Below are positions 32,012-41,087 of a DNA stretch of 64,000 bases, in pieces. Source of the stretch: an uncultured Gammaproteobacteria bacterium. Its GTDB lineage: Bacteria; Patescibacteriota; Patescibacteriia; Patescibacteriales; WJLG01. The translations under genes were made by a program, and so were the position numbers. The notes below the pieces were generated by a model. The model was not told the origin of the DNA, ran no database searches, and was given only the letters and a program-made list of their open reading frames with translations. The stretch spans positions 67,566 through 131,565 of the forward strand of contig CAZRQU010000002.1 of NCBI GenBank assembly GCA_964602485.1, read 5' to 3'. Numbering within the stretch: the first letter of the stretch is position 1; each line of letters begins with the position of its first letter.

Positions 32012-33047
32012 GACCAGTCTTTTCTTTATCCAGCCGGGTAAAGAATACTATTATCCCCAGCATTATTATCATTAAGGCGGAAACAGCCAAAACTTTTCCT
32101 ATGCTTTGCAAGAAAAGTCCGGCCAAACCGAAAAAAGCAGCAAAGATGTAAAAGACCAAAACGGTCTTTCTTGGAGATAGCCCCAGGTCCAGCAAACGGT
32201 AATGCAAGTGTTTTTTGTCCGCAAACCTAAAGGGATTCTTACCTTTGGCCAGTCTTCTGATTATGATCCAAGCCACATCCATTATCGGTATTCCCAAAAC
32301 CAGTAAGGCAATAGCTATCTTACCTCCGGAAATAATGGCCAAAACGCCCAATATGAAGCCTATAAGCAACGATCCGCCTTCACCCAAAAATATCTTGGCC
32401 GGGTGCCAATTCATGACCAAAAAGCCCAGGCAAGCGCTGGCGAAAGCCAGTGAGGCCAAGGCGATATCCGGCTGAAAATACTGGGTAGTGATGGTGAAGA
32501 GGAATATTATGATCCCGCCAATAGCGCCCAGTCCGGAAACCAAGCCATCCACTCCGTCCAATAGCTTTGTGGTGTACATCATTACCATTAGCCAGACGAT
32601 TATCAATATTTCTGACAAGAAAAACTGATCAAGATATATATATCCACCCAGCGGGTTGGTTACCTTCTCTATTTCCACGCCCCCTATTATGACAGATGCC
32701 ACAGCCAGAAGAGGCCAGATTATCTGTTTGCCCGGTGATAGGTCGAATTTATCGTCCAAAGATCCTCCGATCATCAAGAAAGAAGCTCCAATAAAGAATC
32801 CAAGCCAATGCTTCATTTCCAGTTGCCCGGCAGTCAAATATTCTTGGAACAGGAAGACGAACAGGAAGAAAACAGCAAAGATGGCTATTCCCCCTCCTAG
32901 AGGTGTTGGTTCTTTATGTATCTTGCGGTCTTTGTTCGGCTCGTCCATCATCTTGAGCCAGACGGCCAATTTCCCGGCCAGGATAGTAAGACCCCAAGAG
33001 ACAGCAAAACAAGCGACGAAGACCAAACAGAATTCAGTATTTACCAT
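32004..33047 (-). CDS. MraY/WecA-family polyprenyl-phosphate N-acetylhexosamine-1-phosphate transferase
   Basis: 'LLDGVDGLVSGLGAIGG'. 10 to 11 TM helices. Confidence 0.7.
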   Translation of the reverse strand: MVNTEFCLVFVACFAVSWGLTILAGKLAVWLKMMDEPNKDRKIHKEPTPLGGGIAIFAVFFLFVFLFQEYLTAGQLEMKHWLGFFIGASFLMIGGSLDDKFDLSPGKQIIWPLLAVASVIIGGVEIEKVTNPLGGYIYLDQFFLSEILIIVWLMVMMYTTKLLDGVDGLVSGLGAIGGIIIFLFTITTQYFQPDIALASLAFASACLGFLVMNWHPAKIFLGEGGSLLIGFILGVLAIISGGKIAIALLVLGIPIMDVAWIIIRRLAKGKNPFRFADKKHLHYRLLDLGLSPRKTVLVFYIFAAFFGLAGLFLQSIGKVLAVSALMIIMLGIIVFFTRLDKEKTGHE

Positions 33048-33125
33048 TAGGTGTATATGTGTTATAGTTATTAAACAAAATATAGTTCTTTTCCATTTTT
33101 AACAAGAAGAAAGGAGGTGAGAAAA

Positions 33126-33602
33126 ATGTTAGACACAACTGTTGTCGCTCATCGTGACAGACCCTTCTTTTATGGTAAGACTTGTCAGCGCCGCTTGCGT
33201 CGTCCGCTTTGCGCCATAGCCTATACCCTTAAACCCCCTGAAAAGAAACGGGCTTCTAAGCCTGTTAGCAAAGAACCTCAGGCCTTAAGGGAATACAGGG
33301 AAAAGGCCTTAGCTGTTTTGCAAAGCGAGGGCGAGGATTCTTTCAAAAAGCAGGTTCAACGCCATGGTTCTCATCCAAAACTTTTGCGTTTGCAGCGTAA
33401 GTTGGGCATTTTTGCTAACCGTGATCCAGCGCTAGGGAAAGACGAGGATCAGATCCTGGAATTTGATGATTGGCAAGATCTGGAAAGGTTCTTGGATGAA
33501 TTCGGGAAGCAAAAGCCGGGAATTTTGAAATTCAATATTTCAAATACTGTTCCCGGCAAGTTGATACTAACCATAAAAGGAGGTGGTAGAGCTTATGAAT
33601 GA
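33126..33602 (+). CDS. hypothetical protein, a GC-rich gene
   Basis: Perfect SD aaaggaggtg 7 nt before the ATG at 33126. Local GC is well above the window average. Confidence 0.45.
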   Translation: MLDTTVVAHRDRPFFYGKTCQRRLRRPLCAIAYTLKPPEKKRASKPVSKEPQALREYREKALAVLQSEGEDSFKKQVQRHGSHPKLLRLQRKLGIFANRDPALGKDEDQILEFDDWQDLERFLDEFGKQKPGILKFNISNTVPGKLILTIKGGGRAYE

Positions 33603-33686
33603 GCTACTTCAAGGATGTCACATCTTGCCTTTAACCGGGGCGCGTTCATCTTTCCTGAAAAGGAATAAGGTGCGCGTCCTGTTTTT

Positions 33687-36443
33687 TTATAATTCTTGCG
33701 CTTTTTCTACTTTTATCTTAGCATCTTCACCAACTATCACCTTATCCCTTCTTTCTATATCCCCGGACAATATCTTCATAGCTATTTTATTCTCTATTTT
33801 TTGTTGAAGCAATCTCCTCAAAGGTCTGGCTCCGAATTTTGGGTCATAGCCTTCTTTAGCCAGTATTGAAGCGCCTTTTTCCGTACTCTCAAAGAATATC
33901 CCTTTTTCTTTCAACATTCTGCCTATTCCTTCAAGCATGAGCTTGGCTATCTCCACCACGTTTTGTTCAGAAAGGGGCTTAAAGACTATTATTCCATCAA
34001 AACGATTTATTAATTCCGGCTTCATTACTTTGTTCAATTGTTCGTTTATCAAAGCGGTCTTTATCTCTTCTGTAGAGGTGCCTTTGCCTATTTCTTTTTG
34101 GATATAGTTCGATCCGGCATTAGAAGTAGCTATGATTATACTGTTGGTAAAATCAATGGTTCGTCCCTCGCCGTCAGTCAGTCGACCGTCATCCATCACC
34201 TGTAGAAATAAGTCAAAGATATTAGGATGAGCTTTTTCGAACTCATCCAGAAGTATCAAGGAAAAAGGACGCTGGCGTACAGCCTCGGTAAGATAACCTT
34301 TGGCTCCATTGGCGTCGCCGATCATTTTTTTGATACTGTCTTGGTGTTGGTATTCGCTCATATCCAGACGGGTCATATAGTCCTCTTGGCCGAAATAGAC
34401 CTGGGAAATGGTTTTAGCCAGCTCCGTCTTACCAACACCGGTCGGCCCCATGAACAAGAAGCTTGATATTGGGCGTTTACCCTCGCGCAATTCCACCCTG
34501 GCTCGGCGTAAACTGTTGGAGACCATATCTACCGCCTCGTTCTGGTTTATCATGCGTTCATGTATCCTATCTTCCAGGTTGAGCAGTTTTTCTGTTTCAT
34601 CCTTTTCTATATCTTGTGTAGGGATGTTGGTTATTTCATTAACGGTCTTAGCTACATCGTTGCGGGTGCAGATCCTTTTTTTATTTTTTTTAGGGTTTTG
34701 GGTCGATACTCGAGTAGCCGTCTTTTCCAGTATCTCTATGGCCTTTTGCGGTAGATATTTGTTGTGTATATAGCGAGAAGACAAGCGGATGGCCGTTTCT
34801 ACCGCATTGTAAGAGAAGAATATGTTGCCATATTTGGCCTCTATTCGACCTACTTTGCTTTCCAGTATGTGAATAGCTTTATCCCCTTCCGGTTCTTTGA
34901 TGAGCACTCGGTTCATAGTATTGCCAATAGCGGTGCCTTCTATGTATTTTTGGTAGTTGGTATCAGTGGCTGAAGATAGGCAAACCAATTGTTTTCTATC
35001 CAGGGCGTTGGAAAGCACTTCGGATAATTCCAAGCTCTCCTCCCCACCTGACGATATGCCGATCATGTTCTCCAGATCTTGGATATAAAGAATGATGTTG
35101 CCGGCATGGCTAACTTCGTTCAGGATCATCATAAGACGCTCCTCAGCTTTGGAGGGGTCGGCTCCACTTATCAACCGGGCAATATCCAGTTCTATTAATC
35201 TTTTGTCCCGGAAATAATCCGGTATATTCTCCTCTTTTACCATCTCTCGAGCTATACCATGAATAACAGTTTTTTTGCCCACTCCGCTTGGACCAACCAG
35301 TATTATACCATTGGCTCCGGAAGTAAAATCAGAGAATATATTTTCCAGCTCTTTATCACGGCCTACACACAGATCCAACCGACCCCACTTGGCTGCCAGG
35401 GTCAGGTCGTAGCCAAAATTGTTCAAAATCGGCGTGGCTACGGCCGTATAGGCTCGATCCATATTGGTTTTTGGCTTATATTTAGCCATTTTTTTGTAAA
35501 GTCGATAGTTTTTTACCTGCTCCTCATTTATCTCGAACCAACGCTTGGTGTTCTCGGCCTTATTCTTGGTTACTTTTAGATCCAAAAGTATCTCTTCCAG
35601 TATTTTGTCATTCTCTATGCAAGAAACTATCATGTTCATCGGCCCGACATTATTCTGTCCGTTCTTGTAGGCATCAACGAACGCTGAGATGAAGACTTTT
35701 TGTATGTTTGGTGAGAAGATCACATCACCGGCGATCTTCAGATCCTTCCGATCTTCCTTTATTTGATTATTTATCTTTTCCTTAAGTTTTTTCATGTCCA
35801 CATTCAAGCGCAGGAAGAAAGAAACGATATCATCGGTTTTTAAAAGGGCCATCATTAAGTGATGTATCTCCAATTCTTTATTTTTGTTCTTAACTGCCAG
35901 TAAAAATGCGTCTTCCACTACCTTGTGCGCCTCTTCGCCTAAAGCTGAATAAACATTATGTGTTCGGCGAAAGCGCTTTAATCCTTCCCAGTTGTCCGGA
36001 ATATCGATCCTTTTAGCATTAAGACGCTTGATGCGCAGATTTCTCCTCTTTTCTTTGTCAAAACGATAGACTATAAAAAGGGCGAATATGGAAAATATCC
36101 AAAAATAAAGTATCAAAGGATCGCGGTTCTGCCAAAAAGCCAGATTGCCGGTTATATTTTCCCAATCTTGTTGCCAGAACCAGTAGGACAAGGAGGCTAT
36201 TGCCACTAAAACGGCCAAGATAGCCAATAAGTTGATCAATATATCTATCATTCTTTTCAAACGCCGTACAGTTATGTTGGATCGGCTCAAAAATGACCTC
36301 CAAAACAAAAGATAGCCGGCAAAGAAACTGCCTACTCCATAGCCGGAGCACTGAGGACAGTCCCTTCCGGTCTTGTCGAATTGAAGGCCTTGGCATTGAC
36401 CGCATTCTATGAATTGTATTTTTTCTTCTTTCTCTTCTTTCAT
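33687..36443 (-). CDS. membrane-anchored Clp/Hsp100-family AAA+ ATPase with an N-terminal zinc ribbon
   Basis: 'CGQCQG...CPQCSG', then 2 to 3 TM helices, then two AAA modules. D1 Walker A 'GPSGVGKKT' and Walker B 'YIQDLEN' are atypical. D2 'GPTGVGKTE' and 'LILLDEFEKAHP' are canonical. Confidence 0.8.
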   Translation of the reverse strand: MKEEKEEKIQFIECGQCQGLQFDKTGRDCPQCSGYGVGSFFAGYLLFWRSFLSRSNITVRRLKRMIDILINLLAILAVLVAIASLSYWFWQQDWENITGNLAFWQNRDPLILYFWIFSIFALFIVYRFDKEKRRNLRIKRLNAKRIDIPDNWEGLKRFRRTHNVYSALGEEAHKVVEDAFLLAVKNKNKELEIHHLMMALLKTDDIVSFFLRLNVDMKKLKEKINNQIKEDRKDLKIAGDVIFSPNIQKVFISAFVDAYKNGQNNVGPMNMIVSCIENDKILEEILLDLKVTKNKAENTKRWFEINEEQVKNYRLYKKMAKYKPKTNMDRAYTAVATPILNNFGYDLTLAAKWGRLDLCVGRDKELENIFSDFTSGANGIILVGPSGVGKKTVIHGIAREMVKEENIPDYFRDKRLIELDIARLISGADPSKAEERLMMILNEVSHAGNIILYIQDLENMIGISSGGEESLELSEVLSNALDRKQLVCLSSATDTNYQKYIEGTAIGNTMNRVLIKEPEGDKAIHILESKVGRIEAKYGNIFFSYNAVETAIRLSSRYIHNKYLPQKAIEILEKTATRVSTQNPKKNKKRICTRNDVAKTVNEITNIPTQDIEKDETEKLLNLEDRIHERMINQNEAVDMVSNSLRRARVELREGKRPISSFLFMGPTGVGKTELAKTISQVYFGQEDYMTRLDMSEYQHQDSIKKMIGDANGAKGYLTEAVRQRPFSLILLDEFEKAHPNIFDLFLQVMDDGRLTDGEGRTIDFTNSIIIATSNAGSNYIQKEIGKGTSTEEIKTALINEQLNKVMKPELINRFDGIIVFKPLSEQNVVEIAKLMLEGIGRMLKEKGIFFESTEKGASILAKEGYDPKFGARPLRRLLQQKIENKIAMKILSGDIERRDKVIVGEDAKIKVEKAQEL

Positions 36444-36832
36444 TATAATGAGAGATTAATATCCATTATCTCCAGTTGGAAAAGTATCTGATAAACTATC
36501 AAAGCCGGTAAAGCCAGCCAAATAATAGCTATTATCAAAGCGAACATCGCCATTACCAATAAGGCAAAACCCCTGAAGATTATCTGTATTATCCTGATAA
36601 AAAAACTGATTATTTTCCCCTGCCAATCGCTTTGGCCGTACATAGGAACAAAGATGTTCTTGACCCAAACGAAAAAAGCCAGGCTCCTTTCCGAATCAGC
36701 TAAGAATTCCTTTAAACTGCCAAGTAGATTCAAAAAACCGCCGGTATACCACCACAAAGGGAATATCACCAGATCTTTTGCCTCCAAGGCCAGTATCTTC
36801 ACTAGATATAAAGCTGGGTTTTTTACTTCCAT
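36443..36832 (-). CDS. small membrane protein
   Basis: 129 aa with 3 TM helices. Its stop overlaps the Clp-like ATPase start (ATGA). Confidence 0.45.
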   Translation of the reverse strand: MEVKNPALYLVKILALEAKDLVIFPLWWYTGGFLNLLGSLKEFLADSERSLAFFVWVKNIFVPMYGQSDWQGKIISFFIRIIQIIFRGFALLVMAMFALIIAIIWLALPALIVYQILFQLEIMDINLSL

Positions 36833-36910
36833 ATGTTATCTATTATAGCATTTTTTGAAAGATTATAAAATCGTTTTTTAGGTATAAAAAAAGAATGAAA
36901 GATAATATAT

Positions 36911-36939
36911 TTGACCTGAGGCTATTTTTATTTTATAAT
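36911..36939 (+). promoter_or_regulatory. sigma70-like promoter: TTGACC, 17-nt spacer, TATAAT
   Basis: TTGACC 36911-36916 and TATAAT 36934-36939. Confidence 0.5.
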
Positions 36940-36976
36940 TAAATATTAACTAGTCCATAGGGAAAGGAGCCTGTAG

Positions 36977-37147
36977 TTGGTAAAGTATGCAGTCAAATGT
37001 CTTTTATCAGGAGATGAGAAGCCCGAAGAGTTCTTTATTAAAGCTAAGAATATTGCCAGAGCCAAGAGATGGCTTTATCGCAATTTTCATATCCAGAAGA
37101 TACTGGAAATAAAACAAGCTCAAGAGAAAGAAGCCGTTTCCGTCTAA
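36977..37147 (+). CDS. small basic protein, 56 aa, TTG start
   Basis: SD ggaaaggag 7 nt upstream of TTG, preceded by an in-frame tag. Promoter upstream and terminator downstream. Hand translation: VKYAVKCLLSGDEKPEEFFIKAKNIARAKRWLYRNFHIQKILEIKQAQEKEAVSV. Confidence 0.3.
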   Translation: MVKYAVKCLLSGDEKPEEFFIKAKNIARAKRWLYRNFHIQKILEIKQAQEKEAVSV

Positions 37148-37157
37148 GCTTATGCCG

Positions 37158-37200
37158 CCCTCTTGCCTACCAACATTGGTAGACAAGGGGTTTTTTATTT
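37158..37200 (+). terminator. Rho-independent terminator
   Basis: Imperfect stem ccctcttgcctacc / ggtagacaagggg followed by T6. Confidence 0.5.
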
Positions 37201-37284
37201 GACCGCATAATATTAAAAGGATATAATTCAAATTCAAACAGTTGTTCTTAAGTTCATTTTCAATAAAGAAAGGATCTGGTTCTT

Positions 37285-37614
37285 ATGAAGATACTCCTTA
37301 AGTGCAGACAGCAAGTGGTCTGGGTGGTCAAGGATATACTCGAAAGATCCAAATGCTCGATCGAGTGGGTCAAATCTCATGAAGACGCTGATATGGTCAT
37401 TTTAGAGCCTGTTATTTGGGAAATGAATTCTTTCTTTTATTCAGGCAAGTTCTATGCCGTCATTTCCGGATCCAGAGACGATTTCCCTCTTCCAACAAAT
37501 GCCCGCGGATTTTCCTTGATCTGGTTTGACCGCCATCTACCTGATTATGTCAAAGAAGTGGCGCAGAAAAAGGAAAAGAGCCGAGCAAGTATGGAGTTCG
37601 AAGCGCAGCCTTGA
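37285..37614 (+). CDS. hypothetical protein, possibly a degenerate receiver-like fold
   Basis: 'MKILL...' alternating beta/alpha pattern, but the conserved Asp residues are missing. Confidence 0.35.
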   Translation: MKILLKCRQQVVWVVKDILERSKCSIEWVKSHEDADMVILEPVIWEMNSFFYSGKFYAVISGSRDDFPLPTNARGFSLIWFDRHLPDYVKEVAQKKEKSRASMEFEAQP

Positions 37615-37634
37615 AAAAGCTGCGCTCTTTATTT
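37603..37634 (+). terminator. Rho-independent terminator
   Basis: gcgcagc / gctgcgc stem followed by tctttattt. Confidence 0.55.
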
Positions 37635-37635
37635 A

Positions 37636-37668
37636 AAAACCCCGATCCGAAAGCGGAACGGGGTTTTA
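37636..37668. terminator. bidirectional terminator hairpin
   Basis: aaccccg...cggggtt with flanking A- and T-runs. Serves the minus-strand gene 37674..37976. Confidence 0.5.
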
Positions 37669-37673
37669 AGATA

Positions 37674-37976
37674 TTAGACAAAGAAGACTTCGCCCTCAGA
37701 GGCGGTAAAAGCTCTTTTTCTGTCCTTACCTTCCCAAGATATGAGATATTCTACTTTTTTATCTCGAGGGTGTTGGCGGATATTACCGTAATTCTCCGGA
37801 TAATCAAAGCTTATCTCGGCTATTAGCGGTTCGTCGGTCCGCAAGATCATCTTGGTCGGGGTTATAGATGCGTTAAGCACCTTTCCGCTGGCTTTTTTTG
37901 TTTTTGTTTGGACATTGATGGTTTTGCCTATCCATCTTTCCATAAAAGCGATCAGTTCTCTTTTGATGTCTTGCAT
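37674..37976 (-). CDS. hypothetical protein
   Basis: 100-aa ORF. Confidence 0.4.
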   Translation of the reverse strand: MQDIKRELIAFMERWIGKTINVQTKTKKASGKVLNASITPTKMILRTDEPLIAEISFDYPENYGNIRQHPRDKKVEYLISWEGKDRKRAFTASEGEVFFV

Positions 37977-37997
37977 TTTTCCTCCTTCTGTTTTGGA

Positions 37998-38315
37998 TCA
38001 TTTGCGCAAAACGCCTTCTCTCATATAAAGGAACATTGGCAAGGCCAATCCAATACCTAATAAGAATATAGAAGCTATCGGTAGCCAAAGATATTTCATT
38101 TTTAGTCTTCTGCCCTCAGCAATGATAAAAGCCGTGGCTGCCAAGGCGACCGCTAACAGGTCGGTGCTTAAAAAGGAGGCGCCCGGGTTGGCAAAGCCTT
38201 GCTTGAATAAAAGCACTATATCGTTGCCATGAGCTTGGCTGAACAAGACTAGCTGGTAAATAAGCCCGGCCGCTGATAAGATGGTCAAGGCCAGGTAAAG
38301 ATCTTTCATTCTCAT
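37998..38315 (-). CDS. small membrane protein, 3 TM helices
   Basis: 105-aa hydrophobic ORF. Confidence 0.4.
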   Translation of the reverse strand: MRMKDLYLALTILSAAGLIYQLVLFSQAHGNDIVLLFKQGFANPGASFLSTDLLAVALAATAFIIAEGRRLKMKYLWLPIASIFLLGIGLALPMFLYMREGVLRK

Positions 38316-38324
38316 TTTTATTCT

Positions 38325-38495
38325 TTATGCTAAGTATTTCAAGGCTTCATAGACCAGAAAGGCCGGCCAAACAAAAGCTTTAAGGATGCCTATCATCCCC
38401 ATCCAAAATGAAGTGGCTGTGCTTATATAGTAGATGACCGCGCCAATTAAGCCCAGCCCGTAAACGGCGTTTCCGCCATGATTGCCATTTTTCAT
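38325..38495 (-). CDS. small membrane protein candidate, 56 aa, hand-translated
   Basis: Hand translation: MKNGNHGGNAVYGLGLIGAVIYYISTATSFWMGMIGILKAFVWPAFLVYEALKYLA. Confidence 0.3.
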   Translation of the reverse strand: MKNGNHGGNAVYGLGLIGAVIYYISTATSFWMGMIGILKAFVWPAFLVYEALKYLA

Positions 38496-38513
38496 AGATG
38501 TTTTGAATGTTTA

Positions 38514-39245
38514 TTATTCGAATCTAAAAGTATCTTGCCAAAGTATATCAACGCCTTCATTGGCGGATGGTATTCCGTACTGTCCGATAGAAAAGAAGGC
38601 GAACCTGTCCGGATCATCCTTGTCCATTATAAAATAAGCTACTCCGTTGCTGTTCGTGTAAGGAACCGGGCAATTGTATTTATTTTCCCATGGCTCTTGA
38701 CCTTTCCGGTCATAGTCTATGCCGGAAACAAAGTCATAGCTTTCAGGATATTGAGAATTGATCAGTTTGCCCTTGGAAACGAAACACTCCTCTTTTGAGT
38801 GTTCGGATAAAAATTTCTTTTCTATTGCTTGTTCCAAGCTGTCTTTTTCTTCTTTTTCGAACATTTCGACATATTGTCCCTCAGTGTGGCTTCCCATATG
38901 GTCAGCATATAGATATATCTTGTTGTCCACCTTTTTTACCAACCATTTTAATGTTTTACCTCCAAATGTTTCACTTTCGGGGTATTGGAAACTAATATTA
39001 TATTCTTCATCCTTGTAGAGTTTCCAGCCATCTATTATTTTTCTTTCCGGTCTTTGTTCTTCCTTGTCTGCTTTTAGGGTTTTTTCAGTGGCCTTTTTCC
39101 ATTTTTCCATATTTTCTGTCGTATTCCTTGTAAGGTCTTCAGCCTTGTCCTGAGCCGCATCCATCATTATGTCAGCGTTTTTTTCAGCTATCGAACAACT
39201 GGAAAGCACAACAGCTGATAAGAGGATAAAAAAAGTTTTTTTCAT
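38514..39245 (-). CDS. lipoprotein, paralog of 43478..44443
   Basis: Lipobox 'LSSCS'. The first roughly 40 aa and the upstream DNA are about 80-90% identical to the paralog. Confidence 0.6.
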   Translation of the reverse strand: MKKTFFILLSAVVLSSCSIAEKNADIMMDAAQDKAEDLTRNTTENMEKWKKATEKTLKADKEEQRPERKIIDGWKLYKDEEYNISFQYPESETFGGKTLKWLVKKVDNKIYLYADHMGSHTEGQYVEMFEKEEKDSLEQAIEKKFLSEHSKEECFVSKGKLINSQYPESYDFVSGIDYDRKGQEPWENKYNCPVPYTNSNGVAYFIMDKDDPDRFAFFSIGQYGIPSANEGVDILWQDTFRFE

Positions 39246-39334
39246 ACAGGTTGGTTAATTGGATATATTATCTTAAATATATATTTTAACATATATTTAA
39301 GAATTATAAATTTTAATTGACTTATTTTGTGCGA

Positions 39335-41080
39335 TCAGGAGCTTAAGTTTAGCCATTCGTCTTCTTTTTCCGTGATCTTTTCTTTTACCAAGCTAAGTTC
39401 TTCTACTTTCTCCTGTTTTGGGTCGGTTGGATTCTCATAAAAATATTCTACCAGTTCCAATTGTTTTTTGTTAAGTTTCTCCAACTGCTTCTCCAGTCTA
39501 TTGGCCTGTTTCATCCTTTCTCTTCTTTTTCTTTCTGCCTCTTTGGCTTCGGTGGTCTTTTTTTGTTTTACGCTTTTGCTCTCTATAGAAAGATAAAGCT
39601 CTTCTCTTAATTTTTCAATATAGTCTTCATAGCTCTCAAGTTTCATTTTGGCTTGGCCATTCTTTAGTTCAACCAAGCCGGTCGCTACCAAACTAGTAAA
39701 GGTTCTATCATGGCTAGTGAACAAGACCGTACCATTGAATTTTTTAAGCGCATCAGCTAAAGCTTCCACTGTTTCAAAGTCCAAATGGCAAGTCGGCTCA
39801 TCTAGCAGAAATATATCTGGATTTGATAACAAGATGCCTGCTAGCAGTAGTCTGGATCTTTCTCCACCAGAAAGCACACCTATTCTTTTTTTAAGATCAT
39901 GATCACGAAAAAGGAAGTCCGAAGCCATTTTAAGGATCGATTCAGTGGTATGTTTGGCCGTGGCCAGTCTGGTTAGGTAGTCCAATATTTGTTCTTTAGG
40001 ATCGAGTTTTTCTATCGGGTCGGGGCCATGATAAGCGATCTTGGTATCCTTTGACCAGCGATACGAACCGGCGATCGGTTCTAAAAAATCGGTTATTGTT
40101 CTTAGAAAAGTGGTTTTCCCTTGTCCGTTCATTCCCAAAAAAGCGATCCTCTCCCCTGCCCTGATATTTATGTTAATATCACCCACAACCACTTTGTCCC
40201 CGTAGCCTATGGATAGATCCCTGGTTCTAAGGGCAAAATTCTTCCTTTTTACAACGTTTGGTATCACTATTCTGGTGATCCCGGCTTTGCTTTCTATGGT
40301 TATTCTTTTTTCTTCCAGTTTTTTTATCTTTTTTAAATAAGACTGAGCCTGTTTGGCTTTTGATGATTTGTATCTAAATCTATCCACGAAGTCTTTTAGG
40401 TGTTCTTGCTGGCTTTCTATGCTTTTGTTGGCTTTGACCTCGCTAGATAGCTTCTGTTCCTTAAAAACCAAATAATCTTCAATTCCTCCCGGATAATGAT
40501 AACACCCGGAAGAAGATATTTCGATAGTTTCTTGGCAGGTTCTTTTTAAGAATTCACGATCATGCGAGATGATCATAAAGCTACTACTGTAGGAATTGAG
40601 ATATTTTTCCAGTAACAACAAGGTTGTTAGGTCCAGATAGTTAGTTGGTTCATCCAAAAGAAAAAGATTTGGTTTTTTTAAGAGCATTTCCGTTAGCTTT
40701 AAACGCATTCTCCAACCACCGGAAAGACCGTCTGCCTCTTGGTTCAGCTTTTCTTCGTCTATTTGGAATTTAGAGGCGACCTTTCTGATCTCCCATTCTT
40801 CTGCCCCACTATTTTTAAGATATTCTAAAGCACTTTCCCCCTTTTTAAAGGTTTCTTGCTGTTTTAAATAGCCGATATGAGCTTTTTTGCCAATAATAAT
40901 ACTACCCTCGTCGGCTTTTTCTTCTCCATTAAGTATTCTAAAAAGAGTTGATTTTCCAGAACCATTTTTGCCAATAACTCCTATCTTTTGTTTTTCAGCT
41001 ACTGTAAAGGATAGATTGGAAAATATCTTTTGTCCTGAATATTCTTTACTAAGGTCGCTTACCTGTAATAGTATTCCCAT
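39335..41080 (-). CDS. ABC-F family ATPase with tandem ABC domains and a C-terminal coiled coil
   Basis: 'GKNGSGKST', 'GMNGQGKTT' and two 'LSGG' signatures. Confidence 0.8.
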   Translation of the reverse strand: MGILLQVSDLSKEYSGQKIFSNLSFTVAEKQKIGVIGKNGSGKSTLFRILNGEEKADEGSIIIGKKAHIGYLKQQETFKKGESALEYLKNSGAEEWEIRKVASKFQIDEEKLNQEADGLSGGWRMRLKLTEMLLKKPNLFLLDEPTNYLDLTTLLLLEKYLNSYSSSFMIISHDREFLKRTCQETIEISSSGCYHYPGGIEDYLVFKEQKLSSEVKANKSIESQQEHLKDFVDRFRYKSSKAKQAQSYLKKIKKLEEKRITIESKAGITRIVIPNVVKRKNFALRTRDLSIGYGDKVVVGDININIRAGERIAFLGMNGQGKTTFLRTITDFLEPIAGSYRWSKDTKIAYHGPDPIEKLDPKEQILDYLTRLATAKHTTESILKMASDFLFRDHDLKKRIGVLSGGERSRLLLAGILLSNPDIFLLDEPTCHLDFETVEALADALKKFNGTVLFTSHDRTFTSLVATGLVELKNGQAKMKLESYEDYIEKLREELYLSIESKSVKQKKTTEAKEAERKRRERMKQANRLEKQLEKLNKKQLELVEYFYENPTDPKQEKVEELSLVKEKITEKEDEWLNLSS

Positions 41081-41087
41081 AATTCAA

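Noticed and set aside
33596-33807. SD-preceded small plus-strand ORF overlapping the 3' end of the Clp-like gene
   Set aside because: It runs antisense through the conserved ATPase C-terminus, so it is likely spurious.
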